Below, in pieces: positions 38,777-49,568 of a stretch of DNA of 64,000 nt. Below the pieces are notes generated by a model. That model saw nothing but the letters and a program-made list of their open reading frames with translations, made no database searches and was not told where the DNA came from. Both the position numbers and the translations under genes were made by a program. Where the stretch lies: IMG/VR virus record IMGVR_UViG_3300049167_000097; one strand, 5' to 3'. Each line of letters opens with the position of its first letter. The stretch's first letter is position 1. Origin of the DNA: an uncultured virus (IMG/VR IMGVR_UViG_3300049167_000097). Taxonomy: Duplodnaviria > Heunggongvirae > Uroviricota > Caudoviricetes.

Positions 38777-39153
38777 CAGTACGCCTTGGGGAGCTTGAAG
38801 ACGGTGATGGTGCCGGTGGTGCCGGCCGCGAAGTCGACGTACAGCTTCGTGCCCTGCTGCTGGAACCGGGCAGACGTGAACGGGCCGATGAACTGCTTGC
38901 CGGAGGTGGCGGCCACGGTGACCGCGAGGTCGCCCTGGCCGGCCATCCACGACTGGACGCCGCTGCCAGCCTTGACGGTGACGACCTTGTCGGTGCCCGC
39001 CGTGTTGGCGACGCGGATGAGGGTGCGCTCGGGGTCGGCGTTCTCGATGACGACGCCGTTGGTGACGAGCGTCGCGTCGATCGTGGTCCCGGCCGGGTCG
39101 GAGAGGTTCGAGTTCGGGGCGAGGTTGCTGTAGGCGACTGCTGTGCGAGGCAT
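38776..39153 (-). CDS. Putative head decoration protein
   Basis: Beta-rich 125 aa directly after capsid gene. Confidence 0.55.
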   Translation of the reverse strand: MPRTAVAYSNLAPNSNLSDPAGTTIDATLVTNGVVIENADPERTLIRVANTAGTDKVVTVKAGSGVQSWMAGQGDLAVTVAATSGKQFIGPFTSARFQQQGTKLYVDFAAGTTGTITVFKLPKAY

Positions 39154-39187
39154 GGGTGTACTCCCAGATCAGATGAGGCGACGAGGA

Positions 39188-40045
39188 TCACGCCGGGTTG
39201 ACGAACGCGACCGCAATCCCGGTCGGGCGCAGAAGCTTCGCGCCGTACACGTGCAGGCCGCGGATGGCGTCAGCGATCGTCGCCTGCAGTCGCAGCGCCT
39301 CGGTCTCGAGGATCTGCTCGGCATAGGTGATCGCACCGGGGTAGCCGGCCTGGATGACCTGGGTGTCACCGGACGGGTTGGGGGTGTTGTTGGACTCGAG
39401 GATGTCGAATCCCGCAGCTCGTCCGACGAAGCCGTTGCGGAGGCCCTCGGTGGTGGCGGATGCGTCGGCGCGGACGAACCGGTCGTCGTTCAGGAGAGAG
39501 CCGTGGAACTCGGGGCTGACGACGACGTAGCGGCCTTCCCTGGGTACGTTCTTGCGGTTGAGCTTGGTGCGCAGCGGCACGAGCACCTTGCTGTAGGCGT
39601 CGGTCGGCGTCGTGTACGTGTCGATCGGGGAACCGGTGGAGCCGAGGACGTTGTCGGCGGCAACGCCGGTGTAGAGGCTGGCAACGTAGGCGTCGGCCTT
39701 GTCGCGGAGGCCATAGGCCGCGTTCTGAGCCATCTGCTGCATGGGGCTCATGAGGGCCTGGGCCTTGTCGACGTCGTCGAGCTTGAATGCGAACGCCTTG
39801 GCCTGGTCGATGACGAGGTCGGTGCCGGCCGTTTCGACGTCCTCGTAGTTGAGGGTGTCCCCGGAGTCGTAGTCGAAGATCGTCGGGTCGCCGATGGTCG
39901 TGATGTGAACCGACTGGCCTCGGCTGGTGATCTCGCCTTGGTAGTTCGTGTTCACGAGCTGCGGCTGCGCGTACACCAGGCTGCTGCGGAGGGCCACGAG
40001 AGTCTGGGCAGACCAGATCTCGGGCTTGAAGTTGTTGATCGACAA
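39188..40045 (-). CDS. Major capsid protein
   Basis: FKPEIWS...NYQGEI...GFDILESNN...RGLHVYGAK. Confidence 0.9.
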   Translation of the reverse strand: MSINNFKPEIWSAQTLVALRSSLVYAQPQLVNTNYQGEITSRGQSVHITTIGDPTIFDYDSGDTLNYEDVETAGTDLVIDQAKAFAFKLDDVDKAQALMSPMQQMAQNAAYGLRDKADAYVASLYTGVAADNVLGSTGSPIDTYTTPTDAYSKVLVPLRTKLNRKNVPREGRYVVVSPEFHGSLLNDDRFVRADASATTEGLRNGFVGRAAGFDILESNNTPNPSGDTQVIQAGYPGAITYAEQILETEALRLQATIADAIRGLHVYGAKLLRPTGIAVAFVNPA

Positions 40046-40064
40046 CGGAGGCTCCTAGGAGGCG

Positions 40065-40841
40065 TCAGCCGCTCCCGAGGTAGGCGTTGAGCCTGCCCTC
40101 TTCCACGGCCTGCGTGATCTGCTCGGGGGTCATGCGGTCCACGTCCGCCTTCGTCAGCTGCCGCTTGCCGCCACCTGCTCCGTCCATCGGCGCGCCACCC
40201 GCGGGGGTCGGCTCCTCCTTCGGCTCGGGCTTCTTGGCCGCGAGCTTCGGGTTCGAGTCCACTGCCGCCTTCACGGCCTTCTCGACTGCGCCGGCGAAGT
40301 CGCCGGCAGCCGGGTCGAGCTTGGCGATGGCGTTGGCGAAGGCGCGGGAGTCGAGGAGGGCGTCGGGGTCGCCGCCGTGCGTTCCGGCGGTCTTGTAGAC
40401 GGCGAGTTCGACAGCGGTCTGGCGGGCGCGATCGTCGGACGCCTTAGTCCGGGTCTGCTCCTCGGCCAGCTGCTTGGCGAGCTCTTCGGGGGTGGGCGGC
40501 TTCGCTTCGTCGGTCTCGATGCCGAAGGCGGCGGCGACCTTCTTCATGAAGGCGGCCTGGTCGTCTGCGGCTTTTTTCTCTGCGGCTTCGCGCTTGGCCT
40601 TCTCGTTCGCGACGTCACCGCGGAGGTTCTCGACGAGCTTTTCGAAGCGGGCGGGGTCGAAGTCGCCTTCGAACTTGGGCGCCTTGGCCTTGGGTTCAGC
40701 GGCGGGCTCTGACGGTTCAGCGGGTACTGCGGATGCGGCCGGCTCTGGCTGGGCCGGTGCGGTGCCTTCGGGCTGGGGCGGCGTGTCCGGCTGGCTGCTG
40801 GGGTCCGCGGGCGTGCTCTCGGGCTGGGCGGGGGTCGACAT
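40065..40841 (-). CDS. Capsid scaffolding protein
   Basis: Pro-rich N-terminus, coiled coil, DPDALLDSRAF; upstream of MCP. Confidence 0.8.
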   Translation of the reverse strand: MSTPAQPESTPADPSSQPDTPPQPEGTAPAQPEPAASAVPAEPSEPAAEPKAKAPKFEGDFDPARFEKLVENLRGDVANEKAKREAAEKKAADDQAAFMKKVAAAFGIETDEAKPPTPEELAKQLAEEQTRTKASDDRARQTAVELAVYKTAGTHGGDPDALLDSRAFANAIAKLDPAAGDFAGAVEKAVKAAVDSNPKLAAKKPEPKEEPTPAGGAPMDGAGGGKRQLTKADVDRMTPEQITQAVEEGRLNAYLGSG

Positions 40842-40930
40842 CGGTGCCTCCTTGGGCGGCCTACGCGGGGTGTGCGGCGCCTTGTCCGCTACGCGTTGAC
40901 CCAGATGTTAACCCTGAACCTGCTTCAATG

Positions 40931-40976
40931 CTGCACAATCAAAGGTCGTAGCGCAAGATATCCTTTGAATCAAAGG
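40931..40976. promoter_or_regulatory. Paired operator-like motifs in divergent head/packaging promoter
   Basis: CTGCACAATCAAAGG (40931) and palindromic CCTTTGAATCAAAGG (40962). Confidence 0.65.
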
Positions 40977-40987
40977 AACGGGGGTGG

Positions 40988-41863
40988 GTGGTGGTAGCCA
41001 GCAGCAACCGGATCGCCGACGTGGCGCGCCGACTCCCCCCAGCGCTACGACGCCTCGAGCAGCAGTCCGCCATGGATGCCACCCGCCCCCTCGCCGAAGC
41101 CCTACGAACAGCGCTGCAGGAAGCGGTCCAGGCATGGATTCGCGAGACCAAGCAGCACGAACACGCCCCAAGGCCTGCGGCTTTGGAGCGGCTCATCCAG
41201 CTCATCAAGCGCGCGCTGGCACGTGCCTTCGCCGGGACAGGCCGTCAGGCGCAGCGGGACATCGAGCGAGCGGCCTTCAACGCAGCCCAGCTATCCGCAC
41301 GACAGACGGCATCCATCGCGGCCGCAATGCGAGGCGAGCCCACTCCCCCAGTGACGCCGACCATCGGGCCCGAGGCTGCCGCAGCAGCACGCGCCGTACC
41401 TGCCGCCGTGGAGGAAGAGCACACCAGCGCCCTCGCCCTCCTCACCGCCACCACACTCACGGCCCTCGGACTCGCAGGCGTCCACGCCGTTTTCCAGCGA
41501 GCGCGCCGCGCGGTCACCCGCATCGGCCGGGCACTTGCCGTGGCGACCACCAGTGCCGCAGCGCATGCTGCTCGAGCCGTCGCCGCCGTGATCAGCCCCA
41601 CCGTCCGGCTCCTCTGGGTTGCCGAGCCGGGCGCCTGCCCGGCTTGCGCCGCCTACGCCGGCCGCTCTATTCGTCCCGGCCGTAAATTCCCCGGCGGTCT
41701 GTCGCTCGATCCGCAGCGCACTGTCTTCGACACCCCGATCGCCGGACCACCGCGCCACCCGCACTGCCGCTGTGTCCTCATCCCCTGGCTGCCTGGCTGG
41801 CCTGTGGACGGCACGCCCCTGCCCACGCTGCTCCGGCGGCACGCACGCACTGGAGTCCGCTGA
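40988..41863 (+). CDS. MuF/SPP1 gp7-like minor head protein
   Basis: WVAEPGACPAC...PPRHPHCRC. Confidence 0.75.
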   Translation: MVVASSNRIADVARRLPPALRRLEQQSAMDATRPLAEALRTALQEAVQAWIRETKQHEHAPRPAALERLIQLIKRALARAFAGTGRQAQRDIERAAFNAAQLSARQTASIAAAMRGEPTPPVTPTIGPEAAAAARAVPAAVEEEHTSALALLTATTLTALGLAGVHAVFQRARRAVTRIGRALAVATTSAAAHAARAVAAVISPTVRLLWVAEPGACPACAAYAGRSIRPGRKFPGGLSLDPQRTVFDTPIAGPPRHPHCRCVLIPWLPGWPVDGTPLPTLLRRHARTGVR

Positions 41864-42399
41864 TGCCTGGACGTCCCGTCACCCAAGAAGACCGTGACCG
41901 AGTCGCCGAGCTCCATGCCGAAGGCAAGGGCCGCAACGACATCGCCGACATCATGGACCGCAGCGGAAGCACCATCAGCCGCATCGCGGCCAGCTTCGAC
42001 CCGCCCCTTAGTTTCGAGCGCGGTCCTGAAGTCGCTGCCGCCACGGCCGCACGCAAGTCCGACCTCGCCGCCCTGCGTGCCGACTTGGCGTTCAACCTCA
42101 CCGTCGACGCCGACAAGCTCCGCCGCCAGATGTGGGAGGAGACGACCGTCTACAGCTTCGGCGGCAAAGAGAACACCTACAACTCCGAGGTCTTCGATGA
42201 GGCGCCGGCCGCTGAGAAGCGGGCCCTCATGGGCGCCGCGGGCATGGCCATCGACCGCAGCCTGAAGTTGGAGCCGATCGAGCAGAGCAGCGGCCTTGAG
42301 GGCGCGAAGTCGATGCTCGGCAGCCTGGGCGAGGCGATGGTGGCCTGGTCGCAGCGACAGGACACGGAGGACGCTGCGGCTGAGGATTCCGAGGCGTAG
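41863..42399 (+). CDS. terS: Terminase small subunit (HTH)
   Basis: N-terminal HTH, directly upstream of TerL. Confidence 0.7.
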   Translation: MPGRPVTQEDRDRVAELHAEGKGRNDIADIMDRSGSTISRIAASFDPPLSFERGPEVAAATAARKSDLAALRADLAFNLTVDADKLRRQMWEETTVYSFGGKENTYNSEVFDEAPAAEKRALMGAAGMAIDRSLKLEPIEQSSGLEGAKSMLGSLGEAMVAWSQRQDTEDAAAEDSEA

Positions 42400-42401
42400 C
42401 G

Positions 42402-43652
42402 GTGCTGGACACGCTGCCGCTGTCCCGGAAGCAGATCCGGTCGATCGCGGAGTCGACAACGAAGATCTCCTGCTGGGAAGGGGCGATCCGGTCCGGGAAG
42501 ACGATCGCCTCCCTCCTCAAGTGGCTGATCTTCGTGGCCAATGCGCCGACGACGGGCGAGCTGGTCATCATCGGCAAGACCGCCCAGACCATCCACCGAA
42601 ACCTGTTCCTGCCGCTCCAGGACCCGGCGCTGTTCGGCGACCTCAGCAAGCTGATCCACTACACGCCCGGCGCTCCCACGGCGACGATCCTGGGCCGGGT
42701 CATCCACGTCATCGGCGCCAACGACGCCAAATCCGAGCCGAAGATCCGAGGCATGACCCTGTGCGGCGCCTACGTCGACGAGGTCACGCTGGTGCCGCAG
42801 GTGTTCTTCGAGCAGCTCCTCGGCCGCATGTCCGTGCGCGGAGCACAACTGTTCTGCACGACCAACCCAGACAATCCGGCTCACTGGTTCATGCGGGACT
42901 GGCTGTCCCAGGAGGGCAAGAAGCCCCTCCGCCGGTTCAGCTTCACGATCGACGACAACCCGTTCCTCGACCCCGACTACGTGCGCGACATCAAGGCAAT
43001 GCACGAGGGCCTCTTCTACCGCAGGTTCATCCTCGGCGAATGGGTCGCAGCCGAGGGCGCCATCTACGACTCCTGGGACCGGGAGCGGCACATCGTCAAG
43101 GCGCTCCCCAAGGCCGGCATCCACCGCTGGATCAGCCTCGGCGTCGACTACGGCACGGCGAACCCGTTCCACGCCGTCCTCATCGGCCTGGGCGCGGACC
43201 GCAAGCTGTACGCCGCTGCGGACTGGCGCTACGACTCACGCCAGCACAAGAAGCAGCTCACCGATGCCGAGTACTCGCAGCGGATGCGGGCTTGGCTGGG
43301 CGAGGTTCCGGGGATCGGCGCGGTCCGGCCGCAGTTCATCACCGTCGATCCGAGCGCGGCGTCGTTCAGTACCCAGCTGCGTCGGGACAAGCTGCGGCCG
43401 ACTGCAGCCAAGAACGACGTCATGGACGGCATCCGCACAGTCAGCTCGCTGCTGGCCGCGAACAAGCTCCTCGTCCACGCCTCCTGCAAAGACTTGATCA
43501 CCGAGATCGGCGGCTACTCGTGGGACGACAAGGCCGCCCTCCGCGGCGAAGAGCGCCCCATCAAGGTCGCCGACCACGGCGTCGACGCCCTCCGCTACGC
43601 CATCTTCACCACCCGAGCCCTGTGGCAGCGCCAGCTCGCCCTGGCCGCCTGA
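42402..43652 (+). CDS. terL: Terminase large subunit
   Basis: EGAIRSGKT, YVDE, TTNPD, GVDYG, DHGVDALRY. Confidence 0.93.
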   Translation: MLDTLPLSRKQIRSIAESTTKISCWEGAIRSGKTIASLLKWLIFVANAPTTGELVIIGKTAQTIHRNLFLPLQDPALFGDLSKLIHYTPGAPTATILGRVIHVIGANDAKSEPKIRGMTLCGAYVDEVTLVPQVFFEQLLGRMSVRGAQLFCTTNPDNPAHWFMRDWLSQEGKKPLRRFSFTIDDNPFLDPDYVRDIKAMHEGLFYRRFILGEWVAAEGAIYDSWDRERHIVKALPKAGIHRWISLGVDYGTANPFHAVLIGLGADRKLYAAADWRYDSRQHKKQLTDAEYSQRMRAWLGEVPGIGAVRPQFITVDPSAASFSTQLRRDKLRPTAAKNDVMDGIRTVSSLLAANKLLVHASCKDLITEIGGYSWDDKAALRGEERPIKVADHGVDALRYAIFTTRALWQRQLALAA

Positions 43653-43668
43653 CCGAGAGGAACCTGTC

Positions 43669-45369
43669 ATGCCGCTGCCCCCGTCCGGGAAGACCCCGTG
43701 GCCCCCGCCGCAGCTCGCCGTGCCGCATGCCGACATGGCGACGTGGCACGCCTGGTACTCCGGCGACACAGACCATCTGGCACAGGTGTACGGCGGGGTG
43801 GGTGTGTCCACCAATCCGACCGCCCGCGCGTTCTTCGATTTGAACAAGCCGTCGCAGTACCGGGGCGGCCTCGTGGGCAAGGTCGCGCGCATGTTCTGGG
43901 GTCAACCGGTCTCCCCTGGGCAGCCGGCAGCGAAACTCCATGTGCCGATCGCGGCTGACATCGCGGAGATGTCGGCAAATCTGATGTGGTCGGACGTGCC
44001 GCGAGTCACGGTGGATGCCGACTCGACAGACAAGACGACGGCAGCATCAACCTCAGCGCAGCTGAAGCGGTACCTGGATGACCGTGGTCACGCGAAGATG
44101 CGCGAAGGCTCCGAAATCAACTCAGGCCTCGGCGGCGCCTATTACCGGGTCGTGTGGGACAAGACCATCCAGGAGCGGCCGTGGATGGACGTCCTCTACC
44201 CGGACGCCGTCGTACCAGAGTGGCGGTGGGGCCGACTCGCCGCGGCAACGGTGTGGCGTGAGCTTGAGCCGCAGACCGACGCGTCGGAGATTTGGAGGCT
44301 CCTTGAGCGGCACGAGCCTGGCAGCATCGAGTACGGCCTGTACCGAGGCGACATCGACACCCTCGGCATGCAGATGGCCCTGTCGGATCATCCGGACAGC
44401 GAATACCTGGTGAAGCGGGTCAACGCCCAGGGCAAGCAGGCAACGGGCATCTCCCGGCTGCTCATCTCGCACACCCCGAATATTCTCCCCAACCGGCTGT
44501 GGCACGGCATCCCAAACACGGAGCCGCTCGGCCGCTCCGACTACGCCGGCGTCGAACCCATCATGGACGCCCTCGACGAAAGCTGGACGTCGTGGATGCG
44601 GGACCTGCGCCTGGGAAAGGCCCGGCTGCTGGTTCCGCAGTCGATGCTCGAGACGGACGGCCCAGGCTCCGGTGGCGTCCTCGACCTGGACAGGGAGGTG
44701 CTGATGCAACTCAACATGCTCGACGAGGGCGGCGACGCCGCTTCCATCAAGGAAGTCCAGTTCGACATCCGTGTCGAAGAGCACGAACGGACCTGCAAGG
44801 CACTCCGCCGGCAGATCCTCTCAAGCGCCGGGTACAGCGCCCAGTCGTTCGGCGACGAAGGCACGGTGGCGGTTACTGCGACCGAGGTGGCTGCCCGCAA
44901 GGAGGAGTCGCTGACGACCCGCGGCCTGAAGATCCTGTACGAGCGGCCGGGTCTGCTGGAGCGGCTGACGACCATGATGATGGTGGACGTGAAGCACTGC
45001 GGCGCAAAGGGTGTCGACCCTGCCGCGGAGTTGACGGCGTCATGGCCGGACGCGATACAGCCGGACCCGGAGGCCACAGCACGGGCGCTGTCGCTGCTGG
45101 AGTCGGCTGGCGCGATCTCCACTTGGATGAAGGTGCGCCGCCTCAATCCGGAGTGGGACGACACGGAGATCGCGGCCGAAGTCCAGCGGATCCGCGAGGA
45201 CAAGACGCACGCGGTCCCGGCTGGTGACCCCTTCAACGCCCGCAGGGGCCGACTGGACGAAGAAGAAGACGCCCCGGCCGCCGAAGACGACGACGAAGCA
45301 GGCGCCGACGAAGGCCTGGACGACGAGCAGAGGGGCGGGGGCTCGCCTGTGGAGAAGGAAGCCGCCTAA
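43669..45369 (+). CDS. Portal protein
   Basis: After TerL; LGRSDY...DALDE, TATEV motifs. Confidence 0.88.
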   Translation: MPLPPSGKTPWPPPQLAVPHADMATWHAWYSGDTDHLAQVYGGVGVSTNPTARAFFDLNKPSQYRGGLVGKVARMFWGQPVSPGQPAAKLHVPIAADIAEMSANLMWSDVPRVTVDADSTDKTTAASTSAQLKRYLDDRGHAKMREGSEINSGLGGAYYRVVWDKTIQERPWMDVLYPDAVVPEWRWGRLAAATVWRELEPQTDASEIWRLLERHEPGSIEYGLYRGDIDTLGMQMALSDHPDSEYLVKRVNAQGKQATGISRLLISHTPNILPNRLWHGIPNTEPLGRSDYAGVEPIMDALDESWTSWMRDLRLGKARLLVPQSMLETDGPGSGGVLDLDREVLMQLNMLDEGGDAASIKEVQFDIRVEEHERTCKALRRQILSSAGYSAQSFGDEGTVAVTATEVAARKEESLTTRGLKILYERPGLLERLTTMMMVDVKHCGAKGVDPAAELTASWPDAIQPDPEATARALSLLESAGAISTWMKVRRLNPEWDDTEIAAEVQRIREDKTHAVPAGDPFNARRGRLDEEEDAPAAEDDDEAGADEGLDDEQRGGGSPVEKEAA

Positions 45370-45613
45370 CGGCGGCGGGCTCCTCGACGGGCGGGGAGGC
45401 TGCGGTAGCCGGTTGTGTTGCCGTAGCTGCGCTTACGGGCGCGAGCCCACCTATGAGCGAAGCGCTGTTTCGTCGCGTACATCCAGCGCCATTGCGCTCG
45501 GGATCGCACCCGTCCGGTTCGTCGTGTCATGGTTTACCTCCTTCGCCTGCAGTCTGCCCCGTGGCCGCTGCCGGGCACGTCGATGCCCGCCCCGGCCAGG
45601 GGGCGGGCATCGG

Positions 45614-48600
45614 TCAGGCTGCTGCGGGGCGGTGCTCCTCGACGAGCTTGCGGACCCAGGCCGGCCACTCGTCCGGCTGGTCGAGGTAGTCGGGGTGCAC
45701 GAAAGCCATCGGGTCCTCGCCTCCGGTCAGCATGTAGGTGATGCCAGTGACTTCGGAGACGGTCTTGATGTCGCCGTCCGTGGGGTTCTCGCGGGTCTTG
45801 TAGTTGATGGCCAACTCGGCGACCTTCACCATGATCGGGTATTCGGGATGGTGCCCCATGTCGATGGTGGCGTTGTCGCTGTCGATGCGCAGTCGGACGC
45901 CGGTTTCGCTGGTGCGGCACATAAGGCTGCTGGTGATCACGTCTGCTCCTTGGTGTTGCAGTACATGGTCAGGCAGTCGTCGGTGCTGGCGCACTGGTCG
46001 ATGGTGCCGGTCGGGAGGACGTGGCTGGCGGTGATGACGATCCATCCGCCGCCGGGTCGAGAGACGATCAGTTCGTCGCCAGTGGTCTGCTCCCGATGTT
46101 CGGAAAGAAGCTGGCGGATCGTCGCCCTATCCAGGTTCACGTTCGCGTGGTCGGCGGTCATGCGGGGAATACCTCCGGATGCGCATCTTTCCAGTCCGTC
46201 CAGTGCTTCATCGGCTCGTCGCCGATGGTGTGGACGCGGTCCATGACCTGCTCGAGCGTCAATGGACCAAGCTTCCGATCAGCGAAGTTCGGCGGATCGG
46301 GGACGAACGTCGGTCCGTAGGTCCACGAGCAGCGCCGGTATCCCCAGTCGTCCGTCGCGTACTTGATGAAGACGATGGTGTTCCAGCCGGAGTCGACATC
46401 GAGGGGCCGCTGATCCATTTTTCGGGCGTAGCCCTCGTTGCCGAACCAGTAGTGGCGGTGCTCCTGCAAGAAGGAGGCCAGCATGTTGGCCTCTGCATCG
46501 GTCGGGCGCTCGGCGCTGGAGAACGGCCACGGCGGGGACCAGTCGCTGCCGGTGTCGGCGTTGGTCCCCAGGTAGGCAGCGACGTAATGCCAGCTCGGGT
46601 TGAAGCTGCGGACGACAGGGATCCGGAGGGAGGTCAGGGGGTCGTTTTCCACAGCGTCGGTTCCGAACGGCCAGGTCGTTGTGGTCATGGCTTCTGCCTT
46701 TCTGCCCGCCTAGCGTGCATGCGGTCTTTGATCTGCTGAGGGGTGAGCTGTTCCCAGGTGTGCCAGCAGGCTGGCGGTTTCCACTGCTGGCAGTGCTGGC
46801 GTTGTTCGATGCCGCACCAGCGGCAGCCGTTCGGTGCGGTCATTCGGCGACTTTCTCCCAGGTGTGGCCGGTGCCGTCGTCGCAGTCGCCGTGGTGGTCG
46901 GCGGGCTGCCAGCAGTAGACCTCGCTGCCGGTGGCGGGCTGGATGTCCATGCCTGGGCACCGGTTGTGTGCGGTCCAGGGGAGGGAGTCGATGTCGTCCT
47001 GTCGACGTTGCTCTTCGGCTTCTCGCGCCCTTCGGGTTTCCCAGCCTTTACGGGAGCGGGCTTTGCGGCTGGCGATGGCGTCGGGGCGGTTGAAGCGTTC
47101 GAGTCGTTCACGCTCGCGTTCTGCCGCGAGCAGGTCCATGGCCTCATCGAGCGCCATGAACATGGTCCACATGGGATCAGTCATCGCCGGGCTCCTCCCG
47201 TTCTCCCCACCAGCGGTCCCAGGCGGCGGCTTCGCGGGTGGTCTCTTCCCACGGCGGCAGCGGCGCCGGCGCCGGGTCACCACGGCGTGTCCCCCGTCGG
47301 CTCGCGGCGGTTGCGCGGGATGCCCCAGCGGAGCTCGTCGAGCCGGGCTTGGATGCGCATCCAGGGGCGGCAGCCGTCGGTCTTGCAGTCGGCGCAGTAC
47401 GGTTCGCCGCTCTCCCCGGTGTGGTCGGCTGCCCATGCGGTGGTGGCGTGATAGACGGCGGAGGCGGCGCTGAGGCGGTCGGCCCGGCGGGCGAGCATTC
47501 TGGCGAGCACCTGCGCCGCGGTGGGCTGCTCCCAGGAGTGCATGCCCTTGGACTTCACGTAGGACCGGCCGTGATGGCTGCGCTCCTCCCCGCACCAGCG
47601 GCATGCGAACGGCGAAGCGATCGTGCGGAGCCTCATCGCTGCTCCCAGTACTCGCAGTTGATGATGGGCTGGTCCAGCGACTCGGGCCCGTCTTCGTGGC
47701 AGCAGGCTTCGGGCCAGGAGTCGCATCCGCAGTCGTAGCCGGGGTGGCACTGGTGGCTGGACCAGCGTTCTTCCTGGTGCCAGCGGCAGGTCTTGCAGCC
47801 TCGCGCGGCGGGGTTCTGCCAGCAGCGGGCCATGTGTTGTTCGACTCGGTCACGACGGGCTCGGGTGTAGCGCCGACAATGGGGGCACTGGTGCCGGGTC
47901 ACGACGATCGGCATCGGAAGGTCGACGGCGGTCATGCGCTTCCCGCCAGCAGGTAGGGGTGCCGGGAGCGCGGTCCGCGCCGCTCAACTCGCCACCCGGC
48001 TTCGGTCAGGGTGGAGGCGTAGGCGTCGACCATGCGGTGCCGTTCGGCCGCAAGGTCATCGTCGCTGGCGCGGTCCGGGTCGAGCAGGTCCGGTGACGGA
48101 GTCATGTGGGAGACGCGCGCCCGGCCGTCCCTTCCCGGCACGACGCTGAAGCCCGGGGTCACGCTGGCTCCGTTTCCGTTCTTCCCGACACGCTGGTGAT
48201 GCAGGGCGAGCAAGGCGACGGCGTCCTCGCAGATCGTGCTCATCGGTTCTCCTATCGGTGGTTGGGGAGGTCTGCCCAGGTGTGGATGAGGCGGGGGTCG
48301 TGGGCCGCGAGGACACGATTGGCGCGGGCGAGCCGCTGGTGGAGGTGACCGCCAGCTTCCATCCGCACTTCGAGCGGGCAGACGGCGTGGATGCGGGACG
48401 TCAGCAGTCGGCCACATGTGGCCGCTTCGGCGACCGCCGCCCGGACGGGTCGGGGAAGCAGGCGGCCGACCAGGTCGGCCACCGCATCGGGCACCGGCAC
48501 AGGGAGCGTCGGGCGGGCGATCACGTCAGTCCTCGTCCTCGTAGTCCCACGTGATGCTGCGGTGGTGCTCCGCAACGTTGGACGTGGTGCCGTCGTCCCA

Positions 48601-49458
48601 CCGGACGGCCTTGATGTCGTCGTACCGGCCGCCGATCGCGGTGATCGTGCCGCCGATCTTCTGCGTGCCCTCGTCGTCGAGGTATCCGTAGATGCGGGCG
48701 AAGAGCATGGCTTCTCCTGAGGGTCGCGAGGTGGTCACGTGAGGAAGGAGGGGTTACGGGTACCAGTGGCCGGCGTTGTTGCGGCGGCGGCGGACGGTCA
48801 TCTGGCCCCAGGGACCCGGGGTCGGAGAGGGGTATTCGACGAGGCGCCAAACCGCCAGGTCGCCGTCACGGTGCGGCTGGCATGGGCTCGACCAGGTCAC
48901 CGGGCGGTAGTCGTACACGTACCGCTCATCCAAGGCGCACCGGGCGAGCCCAAGGTTCGGGCTGTAGAGGTGTCCACGGTCGAACGTCGCCGGGACGCTG
49001 GATGTGGGAAGCAGGGTCAGATCGGCCACTGCGATCTGCGTCTGGTGCGCCGTGTAGTTGGTCTAGGCGGCCTCCGTGTACGCGGCCTGGTAGAAGGCCG
49101 GGCGGGCGAGGTGCTTGGTCTGCTTGTAGCTGGCCAGTCCGACGTAGAGGGCGATGTCGAAGGGGCTGTACACGGCGACGTGGATCCATCGGCCGGTGGT
49201 GCGGTGGCGTGCCCAGACCATCAGGGGCTGCTGCTCGTTGGCGGCGACGTATGCCTTCTTCACGTGGCGGCCGTACCAGGACTGGTAGCCGTCCTTGAGG
49301 TCGCTTGCGCCGAGGCGGGTGAGGACGTCGCCGGTGCGGATCAGCTCGCCGGCGTCGACGAGGAGGGCGACGATGCCGGAGAGGCAGCGGTAGCCGAGGG
49401 CCTTGGCGGTGCCGAGTGCGGCGCGGATGGCCTGGCGGCGGGCGGCGGTGCGGATCAT
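45614..49458 (-). CDS. Operon of about 12 small hypothetical genes (45614-45940, 45937-46161, 46158-46688, 46685-46843, 46840-47184, 47277-47636, 47633-47935, 47932-48243, 48252-48524, 48526-48708, 48754-49029, 49063-49458), several Cys/His-rich
   Basis: Same strand, 4-nt start/stop overlaps and RBSs. Confidence 0.6.
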
Positions 49459-49480
49459 CGGGACTCCCTCTCGGGTCGCT

Positions 49481-49553
49481 CTGTGTATATACACAGGCTA
49501 GCCCCTAGTGCATATACACGGCAACCCCTAGAGTGAAACGCATGCATATACAG
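49481..49553. promoter_or_regulatory. Operator repeats in divergent promoter
   Basis: Perfect palindrome CTGTGTATATACACAG (49481-96) plus GTGCATATACAC (49508) and ATGCATATACAG (49542). Confidence 0.7.
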
Positions 49554-49568
49554 GACTACGCTGGCCCA

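Noticed and set aside
20632..40976. Idea that the 15-bp motifs are ends of an invertible 20-kb segment
   Set aside because: Inversion would not restore canonical gene order, and the motifs occur as spaced pairs in promoter regions, which fits operators better.
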